From Poseidonia sp. (lineage in GTDB: Archaea > Thermoplasmatota > Poseidoniia > Poseidoniales > Poseidoniaceae): a stretch of 64,000 bases of DNA. Positions 47,083 through 56,571 of this stretch are shown piece after piece. Position 1 is the first letter of the stretch, and each line of letters opens with the position of its first letter. The notes beneath the pieces were generated by a model. That model searched no databases. It saw nothing but the letters and a program-made list of their open reading frames with translations, and was not told the DNA's origin. A program made the translations under genes and the position numbers. The stretch lies in assembly GCA_965661285.1 (NCBI GenBank), contig CBFIDD010000003.1, positions 1 to 64,000 of the forward strand, read 5' to 3'.

Positions 47083-48504
47083 CTACCACGGTTGGTGCAG
47101 GATGGAATCAATGGAAACGCCGGCATCTCTCCAACGTTGAACCGCCTCAGGGTCGGCGACTTCGTGCAGATCTGCGCCTTCGATCAACACGACATCGCTG
47201 CACCCCATGGCAAGGACAAGCGCCGTCATTTGCATTCGATGGTCGCCATATGTTTGCACAATACCTTCGGGTTGGACAATGGATTGGCCACCCTCCACGG
47301 ACAAGACGCCGTTTTCAAATGTGGATTGGAGGCCAAATTGAGCGAGCAAAGCTGCGGTGCCGTGCGTTCGGTCTGTTTCCTTGTAAGCTGCATGCGATGC
47401 CCCGATGATGCGGCCACCGCCTTCCAAAGCCAGCAGCGCCGCCAAGGGCGTGATGAGGTCGTTAGCATGCTGAAGATTGACCTCGATGGGCTCGCCTGAG
47501 TCACGAGTGGAAATCGATTGCTCATCAATGGAGAGGCCAAGGGAAGGGGCGAGGGTGAGAAGCACATCGTTTCCTAGCCCATCTTCGGCGGATGGAAGGC
47601 CGTTGAGCGTGATGGGAGCACCCGTGACCTTTGCGGCCAAACTGGCGAAGGAGAGCATCGATGCATCAAGCGGTATCTCAACGCTGCTTTCAGGAACGAC
47701 GGGCGTCCAGGGCTTGAGCGTGTTCGTTTCCACGCTGTGAGAAGAACCCGTCCGCCGACAGAGGGTTTTCGTCAGTTCACTGTGCCTCAAGGAGACCCCC
47801 TCACCTTGAGTGTGAAGGAGAAGCGGATGCGGCAGGGCAGGAGCGGCCAAATGCCAAGCCGTCACGGGCTGGCTTGAACTTGAGATATCGATGGTCAACC
47901 CGTCCTGTGGGACCCATGGACCCTCGACCAAGAGCGGTAGACCCTCAACACCCGTTCCAAAAGACACGCTCACGCCCAAGTCCTTCAAGGCTTGAATCAT
48001 GATATCGTGATTCCTTGAACGCAGCGATGCATCCCCGTCCAACATGACCGGGACATCAAATCGGGCGCAAAGCGCCATTAAAATGCGCAAGGCCGTCCCC
48101 GAATTTCCGGCATGAAGAACACTGATCGGCGGCTTCAAGCCGTGAGCACCGACGCCGTGCACCTTCCACGCAACGCTGCCTGTTCCAGGTTGGTCGTCAT
48201 CGTTGGTGGAGACCTCCAGCATGTTCCCGTCGGCGTCCAAATCCGTGATGACAACACCCATTTGGCCCAAACATCGACGCATGGAAACGATGTCCTGGCC
48301 AGCATTCACAAGCCCACGAAGTACGACTTCCCGCTCGGATTGAGCGGCAAGGGCAAGCCAACGAATGGCGTGGCTTTTCGATGGCGATAGATTCCAAGTC
48401 AACTTTTCTATAGACGTATTTGGCGTGATTTTGAGCGCGGGAACAAGACTTCCCATACCGTCCTTGACCTTGGGCGACCACCGCTTCACCCAAGCCTTGC
48501 CCAT
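47083..48504 (-). CDS. aroA: 3-phosphoshikimate 1-carboxyvinyltransferase (EPSP synthase), divergent
   Basis: PSKSH..R, GNSGTALR, GDASLRSR, SSQ, KETDR and DHRM motifs. Confidence 0.85.
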   Translation of the reverse strand: MGKAWVKRWSPKVKDGMGSLVPALKITPNTSIEKLTWNLSPSKSHAIRWLALAAQSEREVVLRGLVNAGQDIVSMRRCLGQMGVVITDLDADGNMLEVSTNDDDQPGTGSVAWKVHGVGAHGLKPPISVLHAGNSGTALRILMALCARFDVPVMLDGDASLRSRNHDIMIQALKDLGVSVSFGTGVEGLPLLVEGPWVPQDGLTIDISSSSQPVTAWHLAAPALPHPLLLHTQGEGVSLRHSELTKTLCRRTGSSHSVETNTLKPWTPVVPESSVEIPLDASMLSFASLAAKVTGAPITLNGLPSAEDGLGNDVLLTLAPSLGLSIDEQSISTRDSGEPIEVNLQHANDLITPLAALLALEGGGRIIGASHAAYKETDRTHGTAALLAQFGLQSTFENGVLSVEGGQSIVQPEGIVQTYGDHRMQMTALVLAMGCSDVVLIEGADLHEVADPEAVQRWRDAGVSIDSILHQPW

Positions 48505-48577
48505 GGTATTGGCTGCCGCCAGCCCGTCAAGAACCCTTGCAATACAGATTCAAGAACCTTGGAGACGTGCGTGATTC

Positions 48578-49585
48578 ATGGCCCTCAAGGACGCCCTCCA
48601 ACGTCCCCTCAAGGACCTCAGGATTTCGGTCACTGACCGGTGCAATTTCCGATGCACCTACTGCATGCCTCGTGAGCACTTCGGCACGGACCACGAATTC
48701 CTTCCCCGTGAACAACTGCTCACCTACGAAGAAATCACCTTTGTAGCCAAAGCCCTCAAGTCATGCGGACTGCAGAAGATTCGGCTCACTGGAGGTGAGC
48801 CTCTGCTGCGAAAAGACATCACTCAGCTGGTGTCCATGCTCAGAGAAGTAGGTGAGAACATCGACCTCGCGATGACCACCAATGGCGCCCTGCTTGCGAG
48901 CAACGCCAAAGGGCTTTACGAGGCCGGACTCAAGCGCATCACGGTCAGCCTTGATGCGGTGGAAACCGGGACCTTCAAAGCGATGGCGGACACGGACCGC
49001 GTTGACCCCGCTACCATCCTCGAAGGCATTGATGAAGCCCTTCGCGTCGGCCTCAGCGTGAAGGTGAACGCCGTGGTTCGCAAAGGGGTGAATGAGGACC
49101 AAATCATTCCGTTGGCTCGCACCTGTTTTGAGCGAGACATTCCCCTTCGGTTCATCGAGTACATGGACGTGGGAAACACCAACGCGTGGCGATTGGACGA
49201 GGTTGTTACCGGTGCAGAACTCCGCCAGTTGATCGAGGCGGAATTTGGACCCCTCAAGCCCGAAGCACCCAAGGAACGAAGCGAGGTTGCACGTCGCTAT
49301 CGGCTTGAATCCGGGTATGCCTTTGGCTTCATTGAATCGGTATCCAAGCCGTTTTGCGGCGACTGTTCTCGAGCACGGTTGTCCGCAAACGGTTCCCTCT
49401 ACACCTGCTTGTTTTCCTCAAGCGGCCACGACCTCAAGAGCATGCTGCGTTTTGGCGCCAGTCAGGACGACCTCAGCGAGGCGATTCGGACGATTTGGGA
49501 GCGGCGCAACGACCGCTATTCCATGGACAGGAGCGAAGGGGTGCAGCGTGACAGCAAAGTTGAGATGTCCTTCATCGGAGGATGA
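48578..49585 (+). CDS. moaA: GTP 3',8-cyclase (molybdenum cofactor biosynthesis)
   Basis: LRISVTDRCNFRCTYCMP, RLTGGEPLLR, FCGDCSRARL...CLF and C-terminal MSFIGG. Confidence 0.97.
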   Translation: MALKDALQRPLKDLRISVTDRCNFRCTYCMPREHFGTDHEFLPREQLLTYEEITFVAKALKSCGLQKIRLTGGEPLLRKDITQLVSMLREVGENIDLAMTTNGALLASNAKGLYEAGLKRITVSLDAVETGTFKAMADTDRVDPATILEGIDEALRVGLSVKVNAVVRKGVNEDQIIPLARTCFERDIPLRFIEYMDVGNTNAWRLDEVVTGAELRQLIEAEFGPLKPEAPKERSEVARRYRLESGYAFGFIESVSKPFCGDCSRARLSANGSLYTCLFSSSGHDLKSMLRFGASQDDLSEAIRTIWERRNDRYSMDRSEGVQRDSKVEMSFIGG

Positions 49586-49588
49586 TGT

Positions 49589-50080
49589 TCACAACATGGC
49601 CGGCAGGGCGACGTCAACGATCAGCGCACTCGAGGTTTGCTCAACGAGTCGGAAACGCCAGGTTCCGTCGTCTGCACCAATGGTTTGGGAATCGATGACG
49701 AAGTAGTCGCCCTGGGTGACGGAATATCCTGCGTCGCGATCGTGGAAGGAAATGTTGGTTCCAATCACGCCGTAGACATCGGCGTCAGAGACCTGTCCCC
49801 GGATGGGAAGGGACTCCGTGATGTTGGCGGGTAGCAAATCGAATTGAAGGCGAGCAGGGTCAATGGATTGGTCAAGGCTGGTGATTCGAACAACGTGGAA
49901 CCCGTTGTCCAGCGCCCGGACGCTTACGCTTGCCTGCGGTGCTGATTTCTCAACCGTGGTCAACGCACCTTGCATCAAAACGAACACCATGCTGGAGAGC
50001 ATCACGGTGATGGCGAGCAGCAGGACGGTAGCGATGACGGGGCTGACCGCTTCCTCCTCACGTCGGACTTGCCCTCGCAT
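49589..50080 (-). CDS. Archaeal type IV pilin (class III signal peptide, DUF1628-like)
   Basis: RREEEA|VSPVIATVLLLAITVMLSS N-terminus. Confidence 0.88.
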   Translation of the reverse strand: MRGQVRREEEAVSPVIATVLLLAITVMLSSMVFVLMQGALTTVEKSAPQASVSVRALDNGFHVVRITSLDQSIDPARLQFDLLPANITESLPIRGQVSDADVYGVIGTNISFHDRDAGYSVTQGDYFVIDSQTIGADDGTWRFRLVEQTSSALIVDVALPAML

Positions 50081-50152
50081 GCCATTACCACGGCGTCAAA
50101 TCACTTGAACACACCGATGAAAGGAAGACTGAGGCTGCCCGTTTTGGACGGC

Positions 50153-51298
50153 TCAAAACAACCAAAGCGGTTTCTCGCACTCCATCGCTCGTTTGATGCC
50201 CCCGATGGGGCCGAGACAGCGCAAAATCAGTTCCGTCAACACATCCCCTCGCATGAAGGCATAACCCATGTTTTTGCTTCGCAGTGAGTTCTTCAAGGCT
50301 GGACCCATCGACGCACGGACTTTGGACTCGTAGGAGGAAAGGGCCGTGTTGTTTCTCATATGGTCTACGATGGATTCGGCAGCAAAGCACCCTGAGATGA
50401 TGGCTTGACTGATCCCGCCTCCGTTGCTGGGCATGACCAGGCCCGCAGCGTCCCCGACGGCGAGCGTCGTACCATCAACCATCTGCTTGACCGGTCCACC
50501 CATGGGAATCCAGCCGCCACCAAACGACACAATCTCGAGGTTGAGGTCCGCACAAAAACGTTCCAAATGCCCCTTGAGGTCGCCCTTCAATTTGCCAGCG
50601 CGGACGCCCAAACCGACGTTAGCAAACCCCGGTCCCTTGGGGATGATCCAAGCATACCCCGAGGGCGCAACCGAGCCGAGAAAGACATCGAAGGTTTCGG
50701 GCACGTCACCTTTGACCTGTGCGTACACGGTGGGAACTTGGTCCTCCGGGCGAAAGGCAGGGTCTTGACCGTGCTTCAATCGACCCACATGAGCTAAACT
50801 ACCAGAGGCGTCGATGAGGTAGTCACACGTAAATCGCCCCTCATTTGTAACCAACAACTCACGATTGGCCTTTCGCTGCTGCTGAATGCGCTTCAGCATC
50901 GTTGCCGTGCGCACTTCTGCTCCCGCCCGAACCGCTTTGTCGGCGAGGTAACCGTCAAATTGGAGGCGATGTCCGGCGAACGCATCGAGTGCAAAATGAA
51001 ACGATTTTCCCGAAGGGAGGAACACACGCATGTTGTCAAGCCGGTGGAGACGAAGGCGTTCTGGGAAATCGAAGTAGGTCCTCAGCCATTCGTGGTCTTC
51101 GAGGTGTTTGAAGGTGCCAATCACCTCCCCCCAATTCGGGATACATTCCCCGCACTGCGCTGGATTGCCAACGATGGACCGCCGTTCCAAAACGAGGACG
51201 TCCACGCCCTCTTCAGCGAGACGTTGAGCCGCAGCACTTCCAGCAGGACCTGCACCGATGACGATGACTTGACGGTGCTCGATATCGCTCACAGCCAT
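50153..51298 (-). CDS. Geranylgeranyl reductase-family FAD-dependent oxidoreductase
   Basis: GAGPAG, QCGE, PSGYAWIIPK and GDAAG..P.NGGGI motifs. Confidence 0.88.
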   Translation of the reverse strand: MAVSDIEHRQVIVIGAGPAGSAAAQRLAEEGVDVLVLERRSIVGNPAQCGECIPNWGEVIGTFKHLEDHEWLRTYFDFPERLRLHRLDNMRVFLPSGKSFHFALDAFAGHRLQFDGYLADKAVRAGAEVRTATMLKRIQQQRKANRELLVTNEGRFTCDYLIDASGSLAHVGRLKHGQDPAFRPEDQVPTVYAQVKGDVPETFDVFLGSVAPSGYAWIIPKGPGFANVGLGVRAGKLKGDLKGHLERFCADLNLEIVSFGGGWIPMGGPVKQMVDGTTLAVGDAAGLVMPSNGGGISQAIISGCFAAESIVDHMRNNTALSSYESKVRASMGPALKNSLRSKNMGYAFMRGDVLTELILRCLGPIGGIKRAMECEKPLWLF

Positions 51299-51307
51299 GC
51301 GAACACC

Positions 51308-52291
51308 TCAAGCGTGCCGATCTTTGACGATGTTTGTGATGAGGAGCATGAGTTCCTTGGCTTCACTGTCGGGGAAGTGGTTCAATTCCGCTTGTGCCCG
51401 CTCAAGGTGTGTTTGAACGAGAATTTCAGCATACTCCATACTGTCGGAGCGGTCCAACAGCGACATCAACTCTTGGAAATGGTCATCTGAGAAATCCTCA
51501 ATGATTTGTGAGAGTCGTTGCCTATGCTGACCGTGCGAAAGGGTCAGTGCATGAATGAGGGGCAGCGTCATCTTCCCTTCGTAAACATCAGCTCCTCGTG
51601 GTTTGCCCATCCGTTCATCACCTCGCAGGTCAAGGAGGTCGTCCACGAGTTGGAAAGCAATCCCGAGTTCCATTCCAAAGCGTTCGAGCGCTTGGGCTTG
51701 CTCATCGTCCAACCCTGCAACCAAACCCGCAGCATAGCACCCGGAGGCGAACGGCCCTGCCGTTTTTCCTCGAACGATGGAAAGGTAGTCCTCCGGCGAG
51801 GTGGCGAGGTTCAAAACATGGTCGAGTTGATGGAATTCGGAAACGGCAATGTCGGCACAGCATCGGGCGATGATGGAGACGATTTGAGCAGAATAGCGCC
51901 CACCAAGTGCGAAGCCGTGAACAAATAACCAGTCACCGGCAATGACGGCTTTGGCTTGACCAGCCTGCGCATGGATGGTGGGGATGCCACGTCGTTGCTT
52001 CGCATCATCGTTGATGTCATCGTGAACGAGGGTTGCCGTGTGGATGAGTTCGAAGGCCAAGGCGAGGGGAAGAACATCTTGTTGGTCTTTGCCGCCTGCA
52101 AGTTGGTATGCCAGCAAAAACAAAATCGGGCGGAGACGTTTTCCGCCAGCATTCAAGACGCGTCCAGCCTCAAGGGCGACTTCGCCTGCACCGGCTTCAA
52201 TCTCGTTTTGAATGAGGGCGTGGAGGGCGTCGTTCACCTCGTCACGCATGGATTCGAGTGCCGATTGAAGCACCTCAAGACTGCTGGCCAC
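51308..52291 (-). CDS. Trans-polyprenyl diphosphate synthase (probably medium or long chain)
   Basis: GGKRLRP, FARM HTATLVHDDIND..RRG, GKTA, SARM FQLVDDLLD and GKMTLP motifs. Confidence 0.92.
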   Translation of the reverse strand: MASSLEVLQSALESMRDEVNDALHALIQNEIEAGAGEVALEAGRVLNAGGKRLRPILFLLAYQLAGGKDQQDVLPLALAFELIHTATLVHDDINDDAKQRRGIPTIHAQAGQAKAVIAGDWLFVHGFALGGRYSAQIVSIIARCCADIAVSEFHQLDHVLNLATSPEDYLSIVRGKTAGPFASGCYAAGLVAGLDDEQAQALERFGMELGIAFQLVDDLLDLRGDERMGKPRGADVYEGKMTLPLIHALTLSHGQHRQRLSQIIEDFSDDHFQELMSLLDRSDSMEYAEILVQTHLERAQAELNHFPDSEAKELMLLITNIVKDRHA

Positions 52292-52369
52292 GCTTACCCT
52301 ACGAGGGTGGGCTTCTTAACCGGTCGTCCACGCCCATGATATGTGAGGGGCGACCCTTACCGAGGTGAA

Positions 52370-53476
52370 ATGATGGAAAACAGTGAGTATCTCGTGATTC
52401 TCACCACGCCCTCAAGAAACGACGGCGTTCGCCTCCAAATCGAGCGAACCGTCGGAACGCACGGCAAGAACAGGGACCTTCGCCTCAAGCAGCTTCCTCA
52501 CATGGAAACCGCGATTCAAACCCTGCGTGATGGAACCGGCGACATCGTTGCGATGAGCGCCTTTGACTGGGAACACCACGATGTTGAGGGATTGGCCATT
52601 GCTGGAGTGCTGCCCAGAAAAGAGCCAACATGGGTCTTGGTGGCGGACGACAAACCCGAATACCTCAAACAGGGCGCTCGGGTGATATGTGAGCATGAAC
52701 TCCTGCGACGGCAAATGCGCCGAATGCGCCCTGACATCGTCCTTGAAACCAGAGAGGAAATGGCAGAGAGAATCGGCGCAACTGCAGCGATGCAGGACCT
52801 CGACGAGGAGGATATTTGGCCGTGGATGGAGGAACAGCGTATCCTCGGTCTCATCGACGGTTTCATTGTCCCACGAGCCATTCACGCAGGACACCGGATG
52901 AAAGGCCGGCGCCACACCTTGGGATTGCAACGGGACCAAACCGAAAGTAACCGTGAGCGCTTCATCCCTCCTCCCCTTCACGGGTTTACCCTCCTTGTCT
53001 CGCGGCAGGGCTTCCCGAAAAACAGCGTTGTGGACATGCTGGACCCGAGTGCTGAACTGGCTTACCGCCTTGAAAAGGCTCTGCTCGAAAGCCTGGAACC
53101 TTCCTTACGCCCGATCGTCGGCGTCTTCATTGAACAGCGCAAAATTTCCACATTTTTGAAGAAGGCAACGCAAGAAGGTGACGAGGTGCTGCTGACGTCG
53201 CTGGTTGACCCCAACAAGAAAAGAGGGGTATTCAAGAGCGGCCCACGAGTTGAAATGCTCATTGAAACGCTGAATCAGAGCGGTACGGTCACCGCTGCCT
53301 GTGAGCGCCTTGTACAACCCGAGAACAGCCACTTGGGGATGGTGAACCTTCTGAAGGAATTCATGGACCTTCTCGCCGTCATGACCACCGACCACGAAGC
53401 CACCAAACGCAACATTCGCGGCATGCCGCCCTCGTTCATGGATGAACGTCCAAAATTGATGGACTTGGACGAGTAG
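52370..53476 (+). CDS. Porphobilinogen deaminase (HemC)-like protein with degenerate active site
   Basis: Colinear similarity to HemC: DIVAMSAFD...GLAIAGVLPRKEP..VLV...GARV...LRRQMRRMRPD, RLEKALLESL. GAGGTGA upstream. Confidence 0.65.
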   Translation: MMENSEYLVILTTPSRNDGVRLQIERTVGTHGKNRDLRLKQLPHMETAIQTLRDGTGDIVAMSAFDWEHHDVEGLAIAGVLPRKEPTWVLVADDKPEYLKQGARVICEHELLRRQMRRMRPDIVLETREEMAERIGATAAMQDLDEEDIWPWMEEQRILGLIDGFIVPRAIHAGHRMKGRRHTLGLQRDQTESNRERFIPPPLHGFTLLVSRQGFPKNSVVDMLDPSAELAYRLEKALLESLEPSLRPIVGVFIEQRKISTFLKKATQEGDEVLLTSLVDPNKKRGVFKSGPRVEMLIETLNQSGTVTAACERLVQPENSHLGMVNLLKEFMDLLAVMTTDHEATKRNIRGMPPSFMDERPKLMDLDE

Positions 53477-53587
53477 ACAAGCACCCCGCAAGCGGCAACA
53501 CCTGTCAGAACACGCCTCCTTGGCATGATTGGACAGCGAAGACATATATGCTTTCAATGCGGCAAAAGCCGTAGAGGTGGGGCGTCA

Positions 53588-55324
53588 ATGGACACATCGG
53601 CATTGTTAGGCGAACTCTACCAAGCTCGTTTTGACGACCTCAAAGCCATTGCACAAGGACACGGTGTTGCGAAATCCGGACCGGTTGAATCCCTCCGTGC
53701 TCGCCTCATCCAGCACCTCATTTTCCCGGATTGGGATTTCTCCCCTGCTGGACTTCGCAGCATTTCGAACAGCGACCTCGGAGAAATTCTGGGGCTGTTC
53801 GGTATCAAAAAATCGGGTTCCATCAAGGCTCGGCGACAACGTCTGCATCTCCACTTGAACCACGACCCGAAATCCCTGGCCGTTGAGCGCCTCGACGACA
53901 TGACGCGAGATGAACTTCATGCGATGTGCAAGGACCTCGAACTTCCACTTTCGGGCAATAAGCAAACGCTTCTGGCGCGCGTGGCGGGCGTTTTGGCATC
54001 CCAAGAAAATGCGTGGGGAAAGGTCAAGAAAAGTCTCCGGCGCCCACGAGGCCCGGTTTCCGTCCCGAACATCAGCACTGTCGCGTCCCAAGCCAACCCC
54101 GAACCGGTGGAAGAAACGGTGGCCACCTTTGTGGAAGAGCACGATGAGGGTTGGACCTACGAGGAAGAGGTTGCCCTCAAGGAGGACCTCGCAAACATCG
54201 GACACGATGTGTCATCCTCACAGATCGAAGCCGAACTTGCGCAGCAACTTCGACCAGCACAGGTCGATGCTGCAACCGATGTCCCCCCGATGATTCAACA
54301 CACCAGCGCCAGCGAGACCCACAGTTTGGAGACCGAGACGGCGCTGATGGAACTTCGAGAACGAACCGCAGAGATCCATGCGCTCGCACGTGATTTCTTG
54401 ATGGTAAGTTCCACCACCAACCAAGAGGATTTGAACGCCTTCATTCAATCCCTGCGGACCCAAGGTTTCGCCACCGACCTCGCTCCGGTGCATCAGGCCG
54501 TAGCGCAAATGGTCATGGAGCTTGATTATCGCGTCCAAAACGAAACCCAAGCGGCCACAGCGCTTCCTCAATCCTGGAGCGAGCGGGAAGCCTTGCGCCG
54601 CTTTGAAGAAGTAAGGAGTACGCTTCGGGACCGGTTGGAAAACATCCTCGCGCTTCATGCATCCGATGTCGTCAAAGCGAGAATGGCCTTTGAGCAAGAA
54701 GGTCGAGACTTGGAACTCGACCTACGCGTACCCAGCGTTTCGGGACGGCTGCACGCGCTCTTCGACCTCCACATCGAAATCGCTGAGTCACAAGCACTTC
54801 ACGACCCCGTTGTTCAACGTCGCCAGCGAATGATGCGAATCCTCCACCGAGGGGCCGTTCACATGCCTGAGAGCGAACGGATGACCGTTCAGCGATTGGA
54901 GCGAAACATCGCTTCGTTTGAGGAACTCGTCCAGACCATCCTTGAATCAGGCGAGGACGGGTTTGATGAGGCCCAACAAGCCCTTGTGATAAGGTTCCTC
55001 GAATCCAAAGGCTATGAGGTCAACACGACCCAACTCCGTCCCCGCGTGCTCGCCTGCGCTGGTATTCTTGGAGCCGAACTTGGCTACCTTTCGCCGAGTG
55101 AAATTCCACGTATTGCTCCGGGTGTTCTCGTCTCAGAAACGGAGGTTGACGCCATCGTTACCGAATTGAAATCATTGGCTGCGAGTTTCAAACCAACGGT
55201 TGAGGGCGAACCTGAAGAGGAGAATGAAGTGGCAGAATCAGTGGCCGATGCTTCGGATAACCTCGCACGAATCCGTGGAAAAATTGACCGTGTTGACGAT
55301 CTTCTCAACAGGCTCAACGGATGA
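53588..55324 (+). CDS. Protein with three tandem SAP-like motifs and a long helical C-terminal region
   Basis: DDLKAIAQGHGVAKSGPVESLRARL, SDLGEILGLFGIKKSGSIKARRQRL and DELHAMCKDLELPLSGNKQTLLARV. Confidence 0.78.
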   Translation: MDTSALLGELYQARFDDLKAIAQGHGVAKSGPVESLRARLIQHLIFPDWDFSPAGLRSISNSDLGEILGLFGIKKSGSIKARRQRLHLHLNHDPKSLAVERLDDMTRDELHAMCKDLELPLSGNKQTLLARVAGVLASQENAWGKVKKSLRRPRGPVSVPNISTVASQANPEPVEETVATFVEEHDEGWTYEEEVALKEDLANIGHDVSSSQIEAELAQQLRPAQVDAATDVPPMIQHTSASETHSLETETALMELRERTAEIHALARDFLMVSSTTNQEDLNAFIQSLRTQGFATDLAPVHQAVAQMVMELDYRVQNETQAATALPQSWSEREALRRFEEVRSTLRDRLENILALHASDVVKARMAFEQEGRDLELDLRVPSVSGRLHALFDLHIEIAESQALHDPVVQRRQRMMRILHRGAVHMPESERMTVQRLERNIASFEELVQTILESGEDGFDEAQQALVIRFLESKGYEVNTTQLRPRVLACAGILGAELGYLSPSEIPRIAPGVLVSETEVDAIVTELKSLAASFKPTVEGEPEEENEVAESVADASDNLARIRGKIDRVDDLLNRLNG

Positions 55325-55325
55325 T

Positions 55326-56567
55326 TCAGTGCTGTTGGGCGTAGAAATTCTGAACCACCGAGGTCACCGTTTGGATGTCGGAGATTCCACGCTGGCACAA
55401 ATCTTCAATGATGGCTTGTCGCTGAGACACATGTCGTTCAAAGACATCCGGCGTAACGCCGGCAGCGTTGCAAATGGTTTCACGAAGTTTTGAGGGAATG
55501 CCCGTCTCCTCGATTTGGTCGGTTGCGGCATTGTACTTCCAAATCGCATTCAGACGGGGTTTATCGCCTTCCATGCCCGCTATCTCTGCCACTTCGGTGA
55601 TTTTGCGTGCGGTCTTTCCGTTGACGTGAAGGCGGGCTTGGATGATGATGAGGTCGAGTCCACTCAACATGATGGGCGGTACGCTCATCGGTGGGTTGAT
55701 CATCCGAGTCACCGTTTCTTGGGCGGTGTTGGCGTGCAGGGAACCAAAGGAACCGTCGTGGCCGGTGTTCATGGCAGTGAGCAGTGTAGCGCACTCAGGC
55801 CCACGGACTTCACCGACGATGATGCGGTCGGGTCGCATACGAAGGCTGGATTTCAGGCAGTCGTTCATGTCAACTTCTGGCGTGCCGTCCGGGCGCTCTC
55901 TTCGTGTTTCCATTCGGAGCCAATGGTCATGGTACACCTGCAATTCTGCGGTGTCTTCAACCGTCAACAAACGACGCGACCATGGAATGTACATTCCAAG
56001 GCAATTCAAGGTGGTGGTTTTACCAGAACCCGTGCCGCCAGCGATGACAAAGTTTGCTGGACGGCTGTCAAGACCCTCAATCCAAACCCACATCATGGCG
56101 GCCAGGCGTGAATTCACCGTGCCAAAGTTCACGAGGTCAATTATCGTGAGCGGGTCTTCCTTGAATTTACGAATGGTCAGCGTTGGCCCGTCTGGAGAGA
56201 CCGGAGGAATGGTCCCGTTGACACGAGAACCGTCTGGCAGGCGGCCGTCGAAAATGGGAACAAGGCCCGGGCCATCACCCAGTGGAACGTTGGTGAAGGA
56301 AGCGATGTTCTTCGCAATCTGAAGTCCCGATTCATCGTCAATCCAGATGTTGGTTCTGCACATGCCGTGATTGCGGTGAGCAACTTTGACACATTGCGTG
56401 CCTCCATTGTACATCACTTCTTCAAGCGAATCGTCCTCAAATAAGGCAGCAAGGTCGCCGTAAGGGTTCGCTTGAATGTCGCCATCGACGTGATAGATGG
56501 GAGAGGGGTGATTGGCTTCTGTGTAGATGGTTACTCGTCCGTATTGTTCCAAGATTTGTTCTGACAT
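55326..56567 (-). CDS. Type IV pilus/Tad secretion ATPase (CpaF/TadA/VirB11 family)
   Basis: LPDGSRVN, TIRKF, GGTGSGKTT, EDTAEL and LRMRPDRIIVGEVRG, MNTGH..SLHAN motifs; GGAGG upstream of ATG 56567. Confidence 0.95.
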   Translation of the reverse strand: MSEQILEQYGRVTIYTEANHPSPIYHVDGDIQANPYGDLAALFEDDSLEEVMYNGGTQCVKVAHRNHGMCRTNIWIDDESGLQIAKNIASFTNVPLGDGPGLVPIFDGRLPDGSRVNGTIPPVSPDGPTLTIRKFKEDPLTIIDLVNFGTVNSRLAAMMWVWIEGLDSRPANFVIAGGTGSGKTTTLNCLGMYIPWSRRLLTVEDTAELQVYHDHWLRMETRRERPDGTPEVDMNDCLKSSLRMRPDRIIVGEVRGPECATLLTAMNTGHDGSFGSLHANTAQETVTRMINPPMSVPPIMLSGLDLIIIQARLHVNGKTARKITEVAEIAGMEGDKPRLNAIWKYNAATDQIEETGIPSKLRETICNAAGVTPDVFERHVSQRQAIIEDLCQRGISDIQTVTSVVQNFYAQQH

Positions 56568-56571
56568 GTCT

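Noticed and set aside
47083-48504. Possible aroA pseudogene, given its divergence
   Set aside because: The ORF is intact and the main substrate-binding motifs (SKS, GNSGT, SSQ, KETDR, DHR) are present.
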